Assembly: GCA_902385225.1 (NCBI GenBank)
Contig: CABMEU010000004.1
Location: 20,662-84,661 of the forward strand
Direction: 5' to 3'
Source of the DNA: an uncultured archaeon
GTDB taxonomy: Archaea > Iainarchaeota > Iainarchaeia > Iainarchaeales > JAAZKV01
DNA length: 64,000 bases
Each line of letters opens with the position of its first letter. Position 1 is the stretch's first letter. The position numbers were made by a program, and so were the translations under genes. The notes beneath the pieces were generated by a model that made no database searches, was not told the DNA's origin, and saw only the letters and a program-made list of their open reading frames with translations. Shown piece after piece: positions 61,379-64,000 of the stretch.

Positions 61379-63220
61379 ATGATGAAACTACCAGCCAGTC
61401 GGTCAAAAAAACCGCCTCAAAGCAACAAATACAGGTTCAAACGCTTTAAAAAAAGAATTGAGACAAAGCTCAGTATGGTCGGGGAAGAGATTACTCAAAA
61501 AGAAATACAAAAAGCGGAGGATTATTTGAAAAAAAACAAGCTCCCCGCCGGAGAGGTAGTCAAAAAAACTGTGGAAGAACTTAGAAAAAAGGGGATTCCA
61601 AAAGAAGCAATCCTGGCGTTAATGCTCCACAAAATTCCTGCTGAAAAAATTAACGCGAAAGAAATAAAGGAAATGTTTGGGGAAAAAACACTTGAAATAA
61701 TGCAAACCATAAACCGCATGGAAGAGATAATTCAAAAAAACTATGGAAGAATACCTGCGGAAACACTTGGTTCAATAGCTCTTTCAATTTCAAATGAATT
61801 CGAGCCAATTATAGTAAAGCTCGCAGAAACCGCAAACGAACTCGAAGCGGGAATGGATAAGGAGGAAGTAAAAATCGCGGAAGATATTTACGCGCCGATG
61901 GCAACAAAACTCGGACTTAATGATTACGCATGGAAACTGCAGGACTACTCATTCAAAGTAACAAACCCTGAAGGGTGGAGAAAAATCAAGAACCTTGTAA
62001 ATAAAGACAGAAAAGAAAGAGAAGAGCTTGTTGAAACCGTGCGAAAAGAGGTGGAGGAATTAATCAAAGGAAAGCTAACCGCGGAAGTTACAGGAAGACC
62101 AAAAAATTTTAGGGCAATATTTGAGAAACTAAAAAAAGTGCCTTTTCAGAGAATGCATGACCTTTATGGAGTAAGAATAATCTGCAACAAAGAAAAAGAG
62201 TGCTATGAGGCGCTTGGGTACATACACTCAAAATATGAAATAATTCCTGAAGCTTTTGATGATTATATTACAAAACCAAAAAGCGACGGGTACAAGAGCA
62301 TACACACCGCGGTGAAAAGAGGAAAGGACATCATTGAGGTGCAAATACGCACCTGGGAGCAGCACTTGCGCGCCCTTGGGCAAAGCTACTGGAGTTATAA
62401 AAAAATAAGAAAAGATAAGGAATTTGAAAAAGAGCTCAGCTGGGAAAGACAATTAATTGAATGGCAAAAAGAAATGGGAAAAACCCCTCTTGGGAAAAAA
62501 ATCTCCGGAAGGAAAATATTTGCATTCACCCCAAAAAATGAGGCAATAGCGCTGCCACAAGGAGCTAGTGTAATTGACTTTGCGTTTGCGGTGCACAGCG
62601 ATATTGGAAAAAGAATGGAAAAAGCAAAAGTAAACGGAAAAATTGTTCCAATCGAAACAAAACTCAATAATCTTGACCGTGTGGAGATAATCGTTTCTGA
62701 AAAACCACAGATGAAGAAAACCTGGCTTACAAATGCGGTAAGCGACAAAGCGAGGGCAAAAGTTAAGGCATTCTTTGGACTAACAAACACGCGGACAAAG
62801 AGAATAATTACAAAAATAAGCGATGTTAAAAAAATAAAAATGGCAGAGTGCTGCCATCCTCTTCCAGGGGAAGATGTTGTGGGAGTAAAAACAACCAAGC
62901 GAAAAATTGTAATGCACAAAAAAGACTGCCCGAATATCCAAAACATGAGCAAAAGCAAATTAATGGAAATTGATTTTGAGAGAGAAAAAGGAAAAACCCT
63001 GATAAGAGTCGCGGTAATAGACAGACCGGGAATCTTAGGAGAAATGCTTGGGGAAATAAGGCACTCTGGAGCCACATTAGTTAACACAAGCTTCAAAATG
63101 AAGCACTCCGGATACGCGGAAGCGATATTTGAGATAGAAATTGGAAGCGCTGCAAAGCTTGATAGATTAATCGAGAAGATAGAGAACATACCCTCTGTGC
63201 AAAGCGCTCAAAGAGTGTAA
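61379..63220 (+). CDS. Long RelA/SpoT homologue: degenerate HD (hydrolase) region, (p)ppGpp synthetase domain, TGS, CC/zinc-finger and ACT domains
   Basis: - Synthetase motifs: IYAPMATKLGL, GRPKNFRAIFEKL, HDLYGVRIIC, DDYITKPKSDGYKSIHT, IEVQIRTWEQH.
- TGS: IFAFTPKNEAIALPQGASVIDFAFAVHSDIG...AKVNGKIVP.
- CC/zinc-finger: CCHPLPGEDVVGV. ACT: IRVAVIDRPGILGEMLGEI.
- The HD region reads LMLHKIPAE where LLHDvvED is expected, and the upstream metal-binding His residues are missing.
- I place the start at the ATG at 61379; the track ORF from 61214 overlaps the divergent gene. Confidence 0.85.
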   Translation: MMKLPASRSKKPPQSNKYRFKRFKKRIETKLSMVGEEITQKEIQKAEDYLKKNKLPAGEVVKKTVEELRKKGIPKEAILALMLHKIPAEKINAKEIKEMFGEKTLEIMQTINRMEEIIQKNYGRIPAETLGSIALSISNEFEPIIVKLAETANELEAGMDKEEVKIAEDIYAPMATKLGLNDYAWKLQDYSFKVTNPEGWRKIKNLVNKDRKEREELVETVRKEVEELIKGKLTAEVTGRPKNFRAIFEKLKKVPFQRMHDLYGVRIICNKEKECYEALGYIHSKYEIIPEAFDDYITKPKSDGYKSIHTAVKRGKDIIEVQIRTWEQHLRALGQSYWSYKKIRKDKEFEKELSWERQLIEWQKEMGKTPLGKKISGRKIFAFTPKNEAIALPQGASVIDFAFAVHSDIGKRMEKAKVNGKIVPIETKLNNLDRVEIIVSEKPQMKKTWLTNAVSDKARAKVKAFFGLTNTRTKRIITKISDVKKIKMAECCHPLPGEDVVGVKTTKRKIVMHKKDCPNIQNMSKSKLMEIDFEREKGKTLIRVAVIDRPGILGEMLGEIRHSGATLVNTSFKMKHSGYAEAIFEIEIGSAAKLDRLIEKIENIPSVQSAQRV

Positions 63221-63293
63221 AAAGAAGAAATTCGAGAAAAAAAACAAGCTATTTAAACACTTCTAAGACAAAAATTCTTTAGGAGTGTGGTAA

Positions 63294-64000
63294 AATGAAA
63301 CTTATTCTAAAGGGAATTATTTTTGCAATGATAATGCTGCTTGCTGTGGGGGCTTTCGCAGCGGTGCCTGATGTGAGCCAATTTACTTACACCCCAAGCC
63401 CAGCTGTGCCAGGAAGCACTATAATTGTCACACTCCAGCTTGAGAATAAGAACGAATCGACTTTGAAAGGAGTGAGCGTACAGCTGGAAAATGCATACCC
63501 TTTTACTGTAAAACCCACTGACACACAGCCAAACCCAATCAGTGTTGGAGATCTGGCAGGACACGGAAAAGCGCAGGTGCAATTCACAGTTTATGTTGAT
63601 CCTTCGGCAGAAAACAAAACTTATACCCTGCCTGTCACTCTAAAAACAACAGAGGACACAACAGGAACAAAAACAAGTTATGAAATCAATATAAGCGGAA
63701 AAGAACCATTAGTAAAAGTTGTGAGTGTTGTTGAGAATAACCTCCTTCCAGGGGAAGAAAAAACAATTGTACTTGAAGTGCAGAACGTTGGGACAAGCCC
63801 GGCATATGATGTTTTAGTTGAAATGCAGGAAGACAGAACTGTTACCGCAACAGGAAGCGTTGTAGAAAGAGATATTGTTCCTTTAGGAGCTGCAACGGCA
63901 TACCTCCCCCAAATAAATCCGGGCGAGAAACAAACTGCAGAGCTAAAGGTGAGTGTTAGCAGCACAGCAACTGTAAAAACATACACACAGCCAATCAAAG
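63294..64000 (+). CDS. Secreted CARDB/S-layer-like repeat protein (COG1361-like); N-terminal part, runs off the window
   Basis: My own translation from the ATG at 63294 (GGAGTGTGGT upstream) reads MKLILKGIIFAMIMLLAVGAFAAVPDVSQFTYTPSPAVPGSTIIVTLQLENKNESTLKGVSVQLEN... A second module follows: LLPGEEKTIVLEVQNVGTSPAYDVLVEMQ. It is absent from the ORF track because it is open-ended. Confidence 0.7.

Noticed and set aside
62395-63189. A 264-aa minus-strand ORF inside the RelA/SpoT homologue
   Set aside because: It is antisense to the TGS/ACT region, which has clear motifs, and it has shadow-ORF composition.

Overview
This is an AT-rich, gene-dense 64-kb chromosomal segment that reads as a small-genome archaeon of the DPANN type. 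All calls come from reading the ORF translations and the nucleotide sequence by eye; no searches were run. The ORF track gives the longest ORFs and allows GTG/TTG starts, so several true starts are probably downstream of the listed ones.

**Why it looks archaeal**
- It carries archaeal/eukaryal-type translation genes in the conserved order eS19-eL39-eL31-aIF6-LX-prefoldin alpha-FtsY, plus eS17, Rpp21 and Pth2.
- It carries archaeal DNA-metabolism genes: DnaG, RadA, Hjc, RPA, Rad50, HerA and NurA.
- It also has GGGP synthase, SRP54 and an SRP (7S) RNA.
- There are three tRNAs: Val-UAC, Gly-GCC and Gly-UCC.
- GGTG/GGAGG ribosome-binding sites and 4-nt ATGA overlaps between adjacent genes are common.

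**Other content**
- A deoxynucleotide block lies at 45.9-54.7 kb: a P-loop kinase, a Nudix-like gene, dCMP deaminase, NrdG, NrdD, GlyA and ThyX. Two tmk paralogues lie at 28.3-29.7 kb.
- NifS and IscU sit behind an ArsR regulator.
- LemA and HtpX form a pair.
- A cell-surface set includes a transglutaminase-like protein, a prepilin peptidase, secreted proteins and a CARDB/S-layer-like protein.
- Six Nudix-type genes are present.
- I saw no rRNA, CRISPR array, transposase, integrase or reverse transcriptase.

**Most interesting observations**
1. nrdD is split: its glycyl-radical RVVGY segment is encoded as a separate 49-codon ORF with its own ribosome-binding site.
2. A bacterial-type long RelA/SpoT homologue (degenerate hydrolase, intact synthetase motifs) sits head-to-head with an HPF/RaiA-like gene.
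3. A nurA-HAD-HAD-herA operon also contains a truncated family-B DNA polymerase homologue with substituted catalytic motifs, and no mre11 is present.
4. A wHTH fused to a degenerate Nudix domain sits next to a perfect 10+10 palindrome and a cluster of Nudix genes.
5. A kinase-like gene carries a single in-frame TGA in its catalytic loop.
6. ThyX is tandem-duplicated, with complementary motif loss between the two halves.
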